From an uncultured Actinomycetes bacterium (lineage in GTDB: Bacteria; Actinomycetota; Coriobacteriia; Anaerosomatales; Anaerosomataceae): DNA of 64,000 nt. The position numbers and the translations under genes are program-made. The notes beneath the pieces were generated by a model that did not search any database, was not told where the DNA came from, and saw nothing but the letters and a program-made list of their open reading frames with translations. Positions 1 to 9,621 of the stretch are shown in pieces (position 1 is the stretch's first letter; each line of letters opens with the position of its first letter). The DNA is taken from the NCBI GenBank assembly GCA_963700295.1, contig CAVOWY010000005.1:17405-81404 (forward strand), in the 5' to 3' direction.

Positions 1-589
1 GGGAAGCGCCCTCGACGAGCGCGATCATGCGATCGATGAAGGTTTCGCCCGGGTTGGAGGTGATGCGTACGACGATCCGGTCGGATAGGACACGGGTTCC
101 TCCCGTGACCGCGCTCCGGTCACCTCCGCTTTCGCGGATCACCGGCGCGGACTCGCCGGTGATGGCCGATTCGTCCACCGACGCGATGCCCTCGATCACG
201 TCACCATCGCCGGGGATAGTCTGCCCGGCCTCGACGACGACCACGTCGCCCTTGCGCAGCCGGGATGCCGCGATCTGCGTAATCGTGTCGCCCTTGAGCA
301 GGTTGGCGGTCGTCTCCGTGCGCGTCTTGCGCAACGTGTCGGCCTGAGCCTTGCCCCGGCCCTCGGCAAGCGCCTCGGCGAGGTTCGCGAAGATGACCGT
401 GAACCACAGCCATGCCGCGAGCTGTCCGAGGAACGACGCCGAACCGGGCCCGCCCGCCAGCGCACGCACGAAGTACCCGGTCGCGACCAGGCTGCCCACC
501 TCTACCACGAACATGACGGGGTTGCGGACCTGGAGGCGCGGATCGAGCTTCCGCAGGGCCTCGAGCAGCGCGGTTCTCAACGTGTCCAC
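1..589 (-). CDS. kdpB: Potassium-transporting P-type ATPase subunit KdpB, N-terminal part; the gene continues past the window edge
   Basis: Manual minus-strand translation gives [33 protein letters not shown]...[19 protein letters not shown], a KdpB N-terminus through the phosphorylation-domain region. GTG start directly after the kdpA stop. Confidence 0.85.
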   Translation of the reverse strand, partial: MDTLRTALLEALRKLDPRLQVRNPVMFVVEVGSLVATGYFVRALAGGPGSASFLGQLAAWLWFTVIFANLAEALAEGRGKAQADTLRKTRTETTANLLKGDTITQIAASRLRKGDVVVVEAGQTIPGDGDVIEGIASVDESAITGESAPVIRESGGDRSAVTGGTRVLSDRIVVRITSNPGETFIDRMIALVEGAS

Positions 590-2314
590 CTAGAACACCT
601 CCCCGGCCTGCATGAGGAAGTGCTCGAGAACCGGCCCCAGCGAAAGCGCTGGGAAGAACGTGAGTGCACCCACGATGAGCACCGTGCCCACAAGAAGCCC
701 GACGAACAGCGCCCCGTGGGTGGGGAAGGTGCCCGTGGAAGCCTCGGCTGTGCGCTTCTGGGCGAAGGAACCGGCGATGCCCAGCACCGGCATGATGAAG
801 AGATAGCGGCCGATAAGCATCGCAAGACCGATGCCCACGGTGAAGAACGGCGAGGCCGCGTTCAGGCCGCCGAACGCACTGCCGTTGTTACCCGCGCCCG
901 ACGAGAAGGCGTAAAGAAGCTCGGTCAGGCCGTGCGGACCGGCATTGCCGAGTGCTTCCAGGGCAGAGGGCGTGACCGCTCCGGCGCCGGCACCGACGAG
1001 TATCGTTCCCGAGATCGCCAGCATGGCGAGGATCGTGAGCTGTATCTCACGCGTCTCGATCTTCTTGCCGAGATACTCGGGTGTTCGTCCCACCATCAGT
1101 CCGGCGATGAAGATGGCGAGCAGCGCGAACAGGAACATGCCTGCCAGTCCCACGCCCACGCCCCCGAACACCACCTCGCCGAGCATGATGTTGAGCATCG
1201 CCAGCCCCCCGGCGAGCGGGGTGAGGCTGTCGTGCGAGTTCACGACGGCACCGCACGAGACCGCGGTCGTCGAGGTCGCGTAGAGCGCCGAGCCGCCCAC
1301 GCCGAGCCGCACCTCCTTGCCCTCCATGTTGCCGCCGTCCGTGGTTGCGTAGGAGTGCTGTGCGGCGCCCGCCTGCTCGAGAATGGGGTTTCCGGCGCGT
1401 TCGGCCAGGTACATGCCGGTGAGCGAGAGGCAGAACAGCACGAGCATCGCAGCGAACAGGGCCCACCCCTGGCGCGGGTCGCCCACGAATCGGCCGAACA
1501 TGTTGGTGAGCGCAGCCGGGATAGCGAGCATCGCGATCACCTGAAGCACGTTGGTGACAGGCGTCGGGTTCTCGAACGGATGCGCCGAGTTCGCATTGAA
1601 GTAGCCGCCGCCGTTGGTGCCGAGGATCTTGATCGCTTCTTGCGATGCGACAGGGCCTGCGGGAATCGTCTGGACGCTCCCCTCGAGCGTCTCCACCGCT
1701 GTCGCCGAACCGAGATTCTGGATCACGCCCTGCGAGGCGAAGACGAGTGCGAGCGCGACCGAGAGCGGCAGCAGCACGTAGAGCACGCTGCGGGTGACAT
1801 CAACCCACGCGTTCCCGAGGTCCCTCGTCTTCTGTCGGGACAGGCCCCGGGCGAGGGCCACGGCTACGGCGATGCCCGTGGCCGCCGAGAGGAAGTTCTG
1901 CCACGTCAGGCCGACCATCTGCGTGAGCACACTGGCAGACGACTCTCCTGCGTACGCCTGCCAGTTGGTGTTCGTCACGAAGCTCACCGCGGTGTTGAAC
2001 GCCACGAGTGCGTCCTGGTTCGCGGCCCCTGACGGATTGAGCGGCAGGTACGCCTGCAGCCGGGCGAGCGTGTACAGGATGGCGCCGCCGGCGGCGTTCA
2101 GGATGATGAGCGCGCTCACGTAGCCGACCCAGTTCATCTCGTGGGCCGGATCGATCCGGCACATCCGGTAGATGGTCCGCTCGACAGGTGCGATCACGCG
2201 CGAACGCGTGCTTCGCTCGCCGGAGTAGACCGCGGCGAGGTAGCCGCCGAACGGCCGGGTGAGCAGTGCGACAACGCCGAGCACGGCAATCGACAAAGCA
2301 GCGAATTGGACCAT
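590..2314 (-). CDS. kdpA: Potassium-transporting ATPase subunit KdpA
   Basis: ~575 aa polytopic membrane ORF with KdpA-like sequence throughout (MVQFAALSIAVLG...). Start taken at the internal Met 4 nt after kdpF; the supplied ORF extends further upstream. Confidence 0.9.
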   Translation of the reverse strand: MVQFAALSIAVLGVVALLTRPFGGYLAAVYSGERSTRSRVIAPVERTIYRMCRIDPAHEMNWVGYVSALIILNAAGGAILYTLARLQAYLPLNPSGAANQDALVAFNTAVSFVTNTNWQAYAGESSASVLTQMVGLTWQNFLSAATGIAVAVALARGLSRQKTRDLGNAWVDVTRSVLYVLLPLSVALALVFASQGVIQNLGSATAVETLEGSVQTIPAGPVASQEAIKILGTNGGGYFNANSAHPFENPTPVTNVLQVIAMLAIPAALTNMFGRFVGDPRQGWALFAAMLVLFCLSLTGMYLAERAGNPILEQAGAAQHSYATTDGGNMEGKEVRLGVGGSALYATSTTAVSCGAVVNSHDSLTPLAGGLAMLNIMLGEVVFGGVGVGLAGMFLFALLAIFIAGLMVGRTPEYLGKKIETREIQLTILAMLAISGTILVGAGAGAVTPSALEALGNAGPHGLTELLYAFSSGAGNNGSAFGGLNAASPFFTVGIGLAMLIGRYLFIMPVLGIAGSFAQKRTAEASTGTFPTHGALFVGLLVGTVLIVGALTFFPALSLGPVLEHFLMQAGEVF

Positions 2315-2319
2315 CGTGC

Positions 2320-2412
2320 TCAGAACCTGTCGGGGCGCAGCAGCGTGTACCCGAGGTAGATGATCAGTGCGAGTGCGAACGCTCCCAGCAGAATCGACTC
2401 GGCCACGTTCAT
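2320..2412 (-). CDS. kdpF: KdpF-like 30-aa hydrophobic peptide
   Basis: MNVAESILLGAFALALIIYLGYTLLRPDRF, a single TM helix lying immediately upstream of kdpA. ATG overlaps the stop of the preceding small ORF (ATGA). Confidence 0.6.
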   Translation of the reverse strand: MNVAESILLGAFALALIIYLGYTLLRPDRF

Positions 2413-2495
2413 CGCAGCTTCTCGATCCCCCGGAGGTACCCCGCACACGCCGCTCCGAACAGCGCCAGCATGCCGAACATCATCAGGTCGGTCAT
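2409..2495 (-). CDS. Second small hydrophobic peptide (28 aa) upstream of kdpF
   Basis: MTDLMMFGMLALFGAACAGYLRGIEKLR, preceded by a strong RBS (GGAAGGAGG, 7-nt spacer). Below the 60-aa cutoff of the ORF track. Confidence 0.45.
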   Translation of the reverse strand: MTDLMMFGMLALFGAACAGYLRGIEKLR

Positions 2496-2604
2496 CTCCG
2501 CGCCTCCTTCCAATCGTCTCCCCGAGCGTAGTCCGGGGGTCGTGAAGGGCGCGTGAAGGCAACGCTTGTGCGCGTTAGGAAACCGTGAAGATTGGCCCGT
2601 CCGG

Positions 2605-3297
2605 CTACTTCGTGGAGAAGATGAAGCCCACGCCGGGCTCGGTCTGGACGTACCGGGGTACGCTCGGATGCGCCTCGATCTTCTTGCGGAGATGGCTCAC
2701 GTGCACCCTGAGCGTCTGCCGGTCTTCGGCATACTCAGGACCCCAGACGTGTTCCAGGATCATCCGCGATGTCATCACACGATCGGGGTTGGACGCGAGC
2801 AAGGCCAGGATGTCGAACTCGGTCTTGGTGAGCGCGATCTCGGCCCCTGCTCTGGTCACGCGCCGTCGGGACAGGTCGATCTCGAGGTCCCCCACGGAGA
2901 TCAGGGCAGGCGCGCCTGCCCCGGCGACCGAGCGCCTGAGCAGCGCCCTCACGCGCGCGAGGAGTTCCCCTGCCGAGAACGGTTTGGTGAGGTAGTCGTC
3001 GGCTCCTGCGTCGAGTGCGGCAATCTTGTCCTCGTCGCCGTCGCGGACAGACAGGACCAGGATAGGTGCGGAGATCCAGGCGCGCAGCTCGCCCGCGAGA
3101 TCGATGCCATCGGCGTCGGGCAGTGTCAGGTCGAGCACGATCAGGTCGGGTCTCGCCTCGGCCGCGACACGCACTGCCTCCTCTGCCGAGCCGGCGAGGA
3201 TCACGCGGTAGCCGTGCGAGACCAGCACCGAGCGCAGTGCGCGGCGGATCTGCTCCTCATCGTCGATGACGAGCACACTGGGAGTGGCCTCCGGCAT
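2605..3297 (-). CDS. kdpE: OmpR-family response regulator KdpE
   Basis: REC domain (VLVIDDEEQIRRAL...DLIVLDLTLPDADG) plus winged-helix C-terminus (RLRKKIE...YVQTEPGVGF). RBS GAGGAGA upstream of ATG 3297. Sits between the kdpD-like gene and kdpFAB. Confidence 0.85.
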   Translation of the reverse strand: MPEATPSVLVIDDEEQIRRALRSVLVSHGYRVILAGSAEEAVRVAAEARPDLIVLDLTLPDADGIDLAGELRAWISAPILVLSVRDGDEDKIAALDAGADDYLTKPFSAGELLARVRALLRRSVAGAGAPALISVGDLEIDLSRRRVTRAGAEIALTKTEFDILALLASNPDRVMTSRMILEHVWGPEYAEDRQTLRVHVSHLRKKIEAHPSVPRYVQTEPGVGFIFSTK

Positions 3298-3307
3298 CAC
3301 CGTCTCC

Positions 3308-4861
3308 TCATGCAAGGGGCAGCGAGAACAAGAACCTGCTGCCGTGCGGTTCGACGTCCTCGATCCACACCGTACCACCGTGACGTGCGACGATCTCCTT
3401 GGTGATCGCCAGGCCGAGCCCGGTACTGGACTGACTGCGCGGTACGTGCGCGCTCCGGTAGAACTTCTGGAAGACCGCCTCGCGCTCCTGCTGGGGGATA
3501 CCGGGACCCCGGTCTTCCACCCATACGATCACGGCGTCACCGAGCACGCGGGCGCCGATCCTCACCCGCTCAGACTCCGGCGAGTAGGCGAGCGCGTTGT
3601 CAATGAGGTTGTGCAGCGCGCGGGCGATCTGGCGGAAGTCGCATCGGACGAGCGGCAGGGACTCCTCGACCGAAAGCTCGATGCGATCGTGCGTGCGGGC
3701 CGGCATGCTCGCCAGAACGCTCCCGATCACCTCGCCGATCTCGTAGTAGTCGGGCTGCATGTCCCACGCGGCGTTCTCGAGGCGTGACATGTCCAGCAGG
3801 TCGGCGATGTTCGCCTCGAGGCGACGGAGGTCTCCGACGACGGCGTCGAGCTCCTCGGAGACGGCGTGCGACAGCTGATGAGGGCCGTCTGACGACTCGA
3901 GCAGGCCCGTCACCGTTGCCATCGCAGAGGAAAGTGGCGTCTTGAGCTCGTGCGAGACCGAGTTCACGAAGGCGGTCTTCAGGTTGTCGATCTCCGTAAG
4001 CGCCTCGAGGTCGGCCGCGCGCCCGCGCAGGCGGTCGTGTTCGAGATGTGCGGTGAGTGCCCGCGCGATCGCACGGGCGAGCCGGACGGCGCGATCCCCG
4101 GACTCCTCAGCGCGCAACGCGATGTAGAGCACGCCGAAGACGGACTCGGGACCCATGAGCGGGAGGAAGAGCAGCATGGCCTGAGCTGCGGCTGCGGTCT
4201 TCCCGGGACGCGGTTCCACGGTCTCCAGGGGCTGTGCGGAGCCGAAGGACTCGGCTGCAGACGCCTCGATCTCGCTCGGCCATGATTCAGGCTGGGGCCG
4301 CCATGTGCGGTTGAATCCGCCCTCGGTGCGTGCCAGGTAGAGCGCGCACTCCAGGGGGAGGAGGGCTTCCCTCACCCGATCGAGGACGACGTCCGGGATC
4401 TCAGTGGCCGGCGGGGGTGAAGCGAGCTCGCCCAACAACCGGTTGAGCAGGCGAGCCTCGGTCTCGCGGGCCATCGCGTCGTGCTCCCTGCGGCGACGCA
4501 CCGCCGTCTGGAGACCCACTACGCTGCCCACGAGCAGGAAGACGGTGAGGTCGATCCACAGCGACGGGCGGGCGATGCGGAAGGTGTAGTACGGCGGGAT
4601 GAAGAAGAAGTTCCATGCGCCGAACGATAGGAGTGCGGCTGCGATCGCAGCGCGCTCGCCGGCGAGACTCGCGGCTGCAACGACCGCGAGCACGTACCAC
4701 AGGCCCCACTGGGTCTCACCCTGGGCGTTCTGCCAAGGCATCAGGACCGCCGTCCACGCGGCCACGATGAGGACAGCGGTCATGAGGGGGTGGGCCGAGG
4801 TCCACTCGTTCAGGGTTCTCCATGAGCCGGACTTCACGTCCCCGTGACCCAGCGCGACCAC
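3308..4861 (-). CDS. kdpD: KdpD-like sensor histidine kinase, short form lacking the N-terminal KdpD/Usp sensor domain
   Basis: 4-TM segment, a GAF-like region, HisKA (SHELKTPLSS) and HATPase_c (GGTVWIE). 517 aa against ~890 aa for canonical KdpD. RBS GAGGGGG 11 nt upstream of GTG 4861. Confidence 0.8.
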   Translation of the reverse strand: MVALGHGDVKSGSWRTLNEWTSAHPLMTAVLIVAAWTAVLMPWQNAQGETQWGLWYVLAVVAAASLAGERAAIAAALLSFGAWNFFFIPPYYTFRIARPSLWIDLTVFLLVGSVVGLQTAVRRRREHDAMARETEARLLNRLLGELASPPPATEIPDVVLDRVREALLPLECALYLARTEGGFNRTWRPQPESWPSEIEASAAESFGSAQPLETVEPRPGKTAAAAQAMLLFLPLMGPESVFGVLYIALRAEESGDRAVRLARAIARALTAHLEHDRLRGRAADLEALTEIDNLKTAFVNSVSHELKTPLSSAMATVTGLLESSDGPHQLSHAVSEELDAVVGDLRRLEANIADLLDMSRLENAAWDMQPDYYEIGEVIGSVLASMPARTHDRIELSVEESLPLVRCDFRQIARALHNLIDNALAYSPESERVRIGARVLGDAVIVWVEDRGPGIPQQEREAVFQKFYRSAHVPRSQSSTGLGLAITKEIVARHGGTVWIEDVEPHGSRFLFSLPLA

Positions 4862-4892
4862 ACGCCTGCGCCCCCTCGTCCCCGTTCATCGG

Positions 4893-5792
4893 TCAGCGCT
4901 TGCTGGCCTCCAGCCACGCCTGCGCGAACTCGGCCCAACCCTCGCCGCGTTCCCGTTCCGTGCGCCACACATTGTCGCGCGGGGTGCTCGCCAGGCCGCT
5001 CATCACGCCGTTACTGCTGAACGCGTTTGCCACGAGCGCCATCACGCCCACGGCGTCGGCCATCTGCAGGTCGGTGGCCGAGTCGCCGATCGCGGCGGCC
5101 TGGTCGCGCGTGAGACCCCGCCATGCAAGGTCCAGGTCGATCGCCCGGGTCTTCGAAACGCCCTGCGGCACCACATGATACGCGTGAGGTGGCATATCGC
5201 GGCAGGTGAGCGTGCCGTAGCTGCGCAGCATGCCGTTGTCGACCAGGTCGAGCGGGAGCGGGAGCGTGTCGAGGACCGCCTGGCCCTCGGCAACATCCAG
5301 ACAGCCCCTGAGCAGCAGTGAGACCTCTCGGTCCATCTGCCAGGGTGCGTAGTGTTCGATGCGGCCGGGAAGCGCCTCCATGAGCGTCTCGGCGGCGCGT
5401 ACCCCGTTGATCGCCTGAAAGGGCGTCACGCCTTCGGCGAGCGCATCCTCGGCCCAGGTTCCGTGGTCGACACGCTCCTCGAAGTCCAGCCCGGTGCCGT
5501 GCACGATGATCCCGCCGGCCTCCGCGATGTAGCCGTCCCAGCCGAGGAGCTGGGTGAGCTCGCGCAGCTGGAGGCGACCGCGGCCGGAGATCGGCACCAC
5601 CGACAGGCCCGCATGCGCGAGCGCGACGATCGCCTCGGCCACCACGAGCGACGGACGCGCCTGTGCGTCGGCGAGCACGCTGCCGCCCTTGGCCACGAGC
5701 GTGCCGTCGAGGTCGGTGTAGAGCACGCGCACGCCCGCGAGCGCTTCGAGGGCGCGCGGGTCAGCGGCGACGAGCGGCGTGTCGGTCGACAT
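4893..5792 (-). CDS. HAD-superfamily (Cof-like) hydrolase
   Basis: DLDGTL motif near the N-terminus (VLYTDLDGTLV) and a GDSATD C-terminal motif. Start at MSTDTP; the supplied 535-aa ORF is an over-extension. Confidence 0.7.
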   Translation of the reverse strand: MSTDTPLVAADPRALEALAGVRVLYTDLDGTLVAKGGSVLADAQARPSLVVAEAIVALAHAGLSVVPISGRGRLQLRELTQLLGWDGYIAEAGGIIVHGTGLDFEERVDHGTWAEDALAEGVTPFQAINGVRAAETLMEALPGRIEHYAPWQMDREVSLLLRGCLDVAEGQAVLDTLPLPLDLVDNGMLRSYGTLTCRDMPPHAYHVVPQGVSKTRAIDLDLAWRGLTRDQAAAIGDSATDLQMADAVGVMALVANAFSSNGVMSGLASTPRDNVWRTERERGEGWAEFAQAWLEASKR

Positions 5793-5894
5793 GCGGACGT
5801 TCCCTTCCCGAAGGTGCGTCCATTGTAGGTCAAGCCGCTCCCGACGGGTGCCCGGGGGAATACACAGAGAAACGCGGCCCGAGGAGGAGCAACG

Positions 5895-6305
5895 ATGTCG
5901 TTCGCGAAGCTGGCGGGGCTCTATGCGATCTGCACGGCGGTGTTCTTCGCGGTGGACCTGGTCTGGCTCTCGACCGCCACCAAACGAATCTACCAGCCGT
6001 ATCTCGGCTCCCTGCTGTCGAGTGAACCGAAACTGGGCGTCGCAGCGGTCTTCTACCTGCTGTACGTGGTTGGCGTCATCGCGCTCGCGGTGGTGCCCGG
6101 GCTCCGCGAGGGTGTCGTGCTCGGCGCGCTGTGGCGAGGGGCGCTCTTCGGACTGCTCGCGTACGCAACGTACGACCTCACGAACCTCGCCACGATCGAG
6201 GGCTGGGCGTGGCAGGTCTCCGCGATCGATCTCGTGTGGGGAACCACGGTCACGAGCATCGTCTCGGTCGCCGGATACTATGCGGGGCGCTGGCTGGGGC
6301 TGTAG
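5895..6305 (+). CDS. DUF2177-like small integral membrane protein
   Basis: 136 aa, 4 predicted TM helices, RBS GAGGAGGAG upstream. The family call is from memory. Confidence 0.55.
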   Translation: MSFAKLAGLYAICTAVFFAVDLVWLSTATKRIYQPYLGSLLSSEPKLGVAAVFYLLYVVGVIALAVVPGLREGVVLGALWRGALFGLLAYATYDLTNLATIEGWAWQVSAIDLVWGTTVTSIVSVAGYYAGRWLGL

Positions 6306-6433
6306 AGCGCGCGACCGGCCGCTCCGCTCACCGACGCGAAGTACCATCTGCCGACCAGCCGTCGCCGAAGCGCGTTCGGCGGCACTATACTGGGCACGCT
6401 CGCGCTCCCATCGTCGTCCGAGGAGGCTCGTCC

Positions 6434-7039
6434 GTGACCGATCAGGCAGATATCCCGTTCCCGCACTATCGCTGTGGCGAGTGTGGCAAAGACCTCCCAC
6501 TCACGGAGGCCCGACTTACCGTCACGTGCGACGGGCATCAGCCCGGTAGGGGCGATGTGGCCGTGGAGGTGCGTCCTTCCACGCGCGCCGACCGTCACGA
6601 TATCGAGGACATCTGCGATCAGGCGCTCGGAGAGACCGACGTCGATGTGTTCGGACGTTCGTTTGACGTGCTGCGCCAGGAGAACCTCGTCGCCGTCTCC
6701 GAAGGCCGTTTCGCGGGTGTCGTCTCGCTTGCGGTGGATGGGGGCGACCTGGCGGTCGTGTTGCTGAGCGTGTTCCCCGGCTTCCAGGGCCACGGCGTTG
6801 GCGGCGCGCTTCTCGACGCCGCGGTGAAGGTTGCCGCCGACCGCGGTCTGCCCGGCGTGAAGGCGGCGATCAGCAATGACGATGTGCCGTCGTTCTCCTT
6901 CTACCAGCGGCACGGCTTTGTGATCGACTCGGTGGCCAAGGGCCTGCTTGCGGACCGCTACGGCTCCGCCGAGCCTGGCTTCTCAGGGATTCGCGTGCGC
7001 GACGAGATCCGCCTTCGGCGTTCGGTGGGCCCGGCCTGA
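6434..7039 (+). CDS. GNAT N-acetyltransferase with an N-terminal Cys-x2-Cys zinc-ribbon-like segment
   Basis: RBS AGGAGG then GTG 6434. RCGECGK motif, then an acetyl-CoA-binding-like QGHGVGGALL and a C-terminal YQRHGF. Confidence 0.6.
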   Translation: MTDQADIPFPHYRCGECGKDLPLTEARLTVTCDGHQPGRGDVAVEVRPSTRADRHDIEDICDQALGETDVDVFGRSFDVLRQENLVAVSEGRFAGVVSLAVDGGDLAVVLLSVFPGFQGHGVGGALLDAAVKVAADRGLPGVKAAISNDDVPSFSFYQRHGFVIDSVAKGLLADRYGSAEPGFSGIRVRDEIRLRRSVGPA

Positions 7040-7097
7040 GCTGCGCGCTCGGGTGAGCTGCCCCGGACAGCGGTGCTCCGGATAGTCCACGGTCGTT

Positions 7098-8261
7098 CTA
7101 AGGCAGCGCGGCGACCGGGTGGCAGTTCATGCACAGGCCGTCGGTGTAGCCCGTGGTCGAAGCCTCCACGAGGAGCCGGTAACCGGTGGTCTCGTGGGGG
7201 AAGTTCTGGAATCGCGGATTGTCCGTTGCTACGGTGCCGTCGGCCTTCGTCACGATCGCTGGGCTCGGACTGGCCTGGGTGCCGTCCGTAGACAGCGAGC
7301 CTACGTCACGTGTGTCCTCGTGGCACTGCTGGCAGATCGGGTAGTGCCCCGCCTGCGCCCCCGTGCGCGGGTAGGGCATCAGGTAGGCCCGGTTGTACTG
7401 GTTGGCCAACTTGGTGTCGATCCCGGCGGGCCCCAGAACCGTGCTCGCTGTCGGATACGGGCCGGTGCCGACGATGCCGAGCTCCCGGTAGTTGTAGGGC
7501 ACATATGCCGGGTCGCCCGAGGCTACAAGGGAGTCAACGGGATGGTTGTGCGTGCTCAGTCCGGACGGACGGCCCGCATGGCAGGCCGCACACCAGTCTG
7601 AGCCGTACTCCTGCACGGGCGTAGTCGCGCCGCCGGGCGAGCGCTTCAGCAGACGGTTCTGGACCTGCACAGGCACGATGCCGTTGTGCACCATGTTCAC
7701 GAAGCGGGCTGCGCGCTGACGCTCGCCGAGGAAGGGCGTCACACAGTCGGACCCATGCGGCGAGTGGCAATCCGAGCAGGTCAGGGTGCCGTTGATTCCC
7801 GAGAATGCCATCGTCGCACTCCCGCCGTTCGAAGCGCTCCCGCCGGGAACCACGTTCGTGGTGTCGACGCTGTGATCGGCACCGACGGTCATTCCCCGGC
7901 CTGCTATCGCGCCGTACACGCCCTCACCGATCGTGGCGGTGCCGTCGTGGCAGGTGAAGCACGTTGCCGTGATCGTGGCCGCCGGCAGGAGCTTGGCGTT
8001 GGCCACAGGCGCGTCATGGATGGTGTGGCACTCCTCGCACTTGCTGGTGGTTGTGAGGTATCCGCCGTGCGGTCCGAACTTGGCCCCGTCAGTGGTAATC
8101 GACCCCATCCATGGGTCGTGGCAGGTCCCGCAGTATGCTGCGCTCGACGGAGGCTTGGGCAGGGGGAGGGTCTCGTCGTAGGCGAACGCACTTGTACAGC
8201 CGACCGCGAAGGTCAGGCACAACGCCGATACGAACACACCTCTTCTATTCCATCGCCGCAT
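7098..8261 (-). CDS. Secreted multiheme c-type cytochrome with 7 CxxCH motifs
   Basis: Signal peptide with a possible lipobox (LTFAVGC). Motifs CGTCH, CEECH, CFTCH, CSDCH, CAACH, CQQCH, CMNCH. Confidence 0.85.
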   Translation of the reverse strand: MRRWNRRGVFVSALCLTFAVGCTSAFAYDETLPLPKPPSSAAYCGTCHDPWMGSITTDGAKFGPHGGYLTTTSKCEECHTIHDAPVANAKLLPAATITATCFTCHDGTATIGEGVYGAIAGRGMTVGADHSVDTTNVVPGGSASNGGSATMAFSGINGTLTCSDCHSPHGSDCVTPFLGERQRAARFVNMVHNGIVPVQVQNRLLKRSPGGATTPVQEYGSDWCAACHAGRPSGLSTHNHPVDSLVASGDPAYVPYNYRELGIVGTGPYPTASTVLGPAGIDTKLANQYNRAYLMPYPRTGAQAGHYPICQQCHEDTRDVGSLSTDGTQASPSPAIVTKADGTVATDNPRFQNFPHETTGYRLLVEASTTGYTDGLCMNCHPVAALP

Positions 8262-8271
8262 GGGGCCCCCG

Positions 8272-8307
8272 CATCACACGCCGTGGGGTCAAGCATAGCG
8301 TGTGATG
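8272..8307. promoter_or_regulatory. Perfect 10-bp inverted repeat (CATCACACGC-N16-GCGTGTGATG) between the last receiver gene and the cytochrome gene
   Basis: Seen directly in the sequence. Could be a terminator hairpin for the upstream operon or an operator for the cytochrome gene. Confidence 0.3.
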
Positions 8308-8353
8308 CTGCCCGCGAGAATAGCTGAGCGCACATTAATCGCCGCGCGGCGAA

Positions 8354-8746
8354 CTAGCCCGCGGTGCAGCTCGGTCCCGCCAGCATGCGCTCGACGTGCG
8401 CGCGCAGGTCGCTCGGCGTGAACGGTTTGGTGAGGTAGTCGCTACAGCCGAGCGACGCGCCGTGCTCGAGGTCCACCTTCTGCGCGGCCGTCGTGAGCAT
8501 CATGACGGGCACTTCTGCCGTCTCGGGCCGCAGCCGCAGGAAGTGCAGGACTTCCCAGCCATCGAGCTTGGGCATGGTCACGTCGAGCAGAATGAGATCG
8601 GGCGTGCGCTCGAGGGCGAGTTCGAGCGCCTGCTCGCCGTCCACGGCCTCGATGAGCTCGTGCCCGAGCGAGCGTAGCGCCGCCTTCACGAGCATGCGGA
8701 TCTGCTGGTTGTCGTCAGCGGTGAGTATGAGCCGTTCGGCTGCCAC
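8354..8746 (-). CDS. Single-domain response regulator (CheY-like receiver)
   Basis: D-D-K receiver motifs (LTADDNQQIR, LILLDVTMP, YLTKPF). Confidence 0.8.
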   Translation of the reverse strand: MAAERLILTADDNQQIRMLVKAALRSLGHELIEAVDGEQALELALERTPDLILLDVTMPKLDGWEVLHFLRLRPETAEVPVMMLTTAAQKVDLEHGASLGCSDYLTKPFTPSDLRAHVERMLAGPSCTAG

Positions 8747-8781
8747 ATCTGCCCCTTGTGAGTGACGGTCGGATGGTCTCT

Positions 8782-9237
8782 CTAGTCGCGATCGCGATGC
8801 ATGATCTCCACGATCTTGTTGAGCTTGGCTTCGCGGCTCCTGCGCTCACGCTCGTGCTCGGCACGCCGTGCCGGATCCAGCATCGCCGAGATGTGATCGG
8901 CCACTTCCGAAGGCTTGAACGGCTTGGGCAGGTAGTCGCTGAACGGATCAGTGGCAATCTCCCGGTGCTGCTCTTCGAAGGTGCCCGCGGCCGAGAGGAA
9001 CAGGATCGGAAGTTCCTTGGTCTTGGGGTCCTGGCGGAGCTTGTCGTGGACCTGATGGCCGGTCATGCCCGGCATCATCACGTCGAGGACCACGAGGTCC
9101 GGCTTCTCGGCAGCAACCACGCCGAGCGCCTGGAGCCCGTCTTCGGCCTCGAGGACTTCGAACCCACGGCCCGTTAGGGCCACCTTCAGCAGTCTCCGGA
9201 TCGACGACTCATCGTCGACAACGAGAATCCTCTTCAT
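8782..9237 (-). CDS. Single-domain response regulator with a charged C-terminal tail
   Basis: ILVVDDESSIR, LVVLDVMMPGMTG, YLPKPF. Confidence 0.8.
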   Translation of the reverse strand: MKRILVVDDESSIRRLLKVALTGRGFEVLEAEDGLQALGVVAAEKPDLVVLDVMMPGMTGHQVHDKLRQDPKTKELPILFLSAAGTFEEQHREIATDPFSDYLPKPFKPSEVADHISAMLDPARRAEHERERRSREAKLNKIVEIMHRDRD

Positions 9238-9255
9238 GCGCAGACGTCCCTTCCC

Positions 9256-9621
9256 CTAGGTGCCGAGGATCTCCCCGACCCGCTGACACAAGTCTTTCGG
9301 CGTGAATGGCTTGCAGATGTACTCGCAGGCCCCCCCGGCCAGCCCCTCTTCGACCTCGGTGCGCTGGCTCTTTGCGGAGAGCATGATCACCGGTATGTGT
9401 TCCGTTGCCGGATCGGCCTTCAGTTTATTGAGAACCTCGTACCCTGTCATCACCGGCATCATCACGTCGAGCAAGATCAGGTCCGGGATCTCGGCGTGCG
9501 CCATATCGTATGCTTCGCCGCCGTCCGTGGCCTGCAGGACTTCATACCCCCTGTTCGCGAGGGTGAACGACACCAGCTTTCTGATGTGCGGTTCGTCATC
9601 TGCGATGAGGATCCGGGTCAC
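9256..9621 (-). CDS. Single-domain response regulator
   Basis: ILIADDEPHIR, LILLDVMMPVMTG, YICKPF. Start overlaps the stop of the upstream hybrid kinase. Confidence 0.8.
   Translation of the reverse strand: MTRILIADDEPHIRKLVSFTLANRGYEVLQATDGGEAYDMAHAEIPDLILLDVMMPVMTGYEVLNKLKADPATEHIPVIMLSAKSQRTEVEEGLAGGACEYICKPFTPKDLCQRVGEILGT

Noticed and set aside
620-2032. 470-aa plus-strand ORF antisense to kdpA
   Set aside because: Arg/Glu/His-rich low-complexity translation typical of antisense frames in ~70% GC DNA. It lies fully inside the well-supported kdpA.
2496-2604. Possible c-di-AMP (ydaO-type) riboswitch upstream of kdpFAB
   Set aside because: The intergenic region is only ~110 nt and I could not identify the conserved ydaO pseudoknot elements by eye. 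It would need a covariance-model search.
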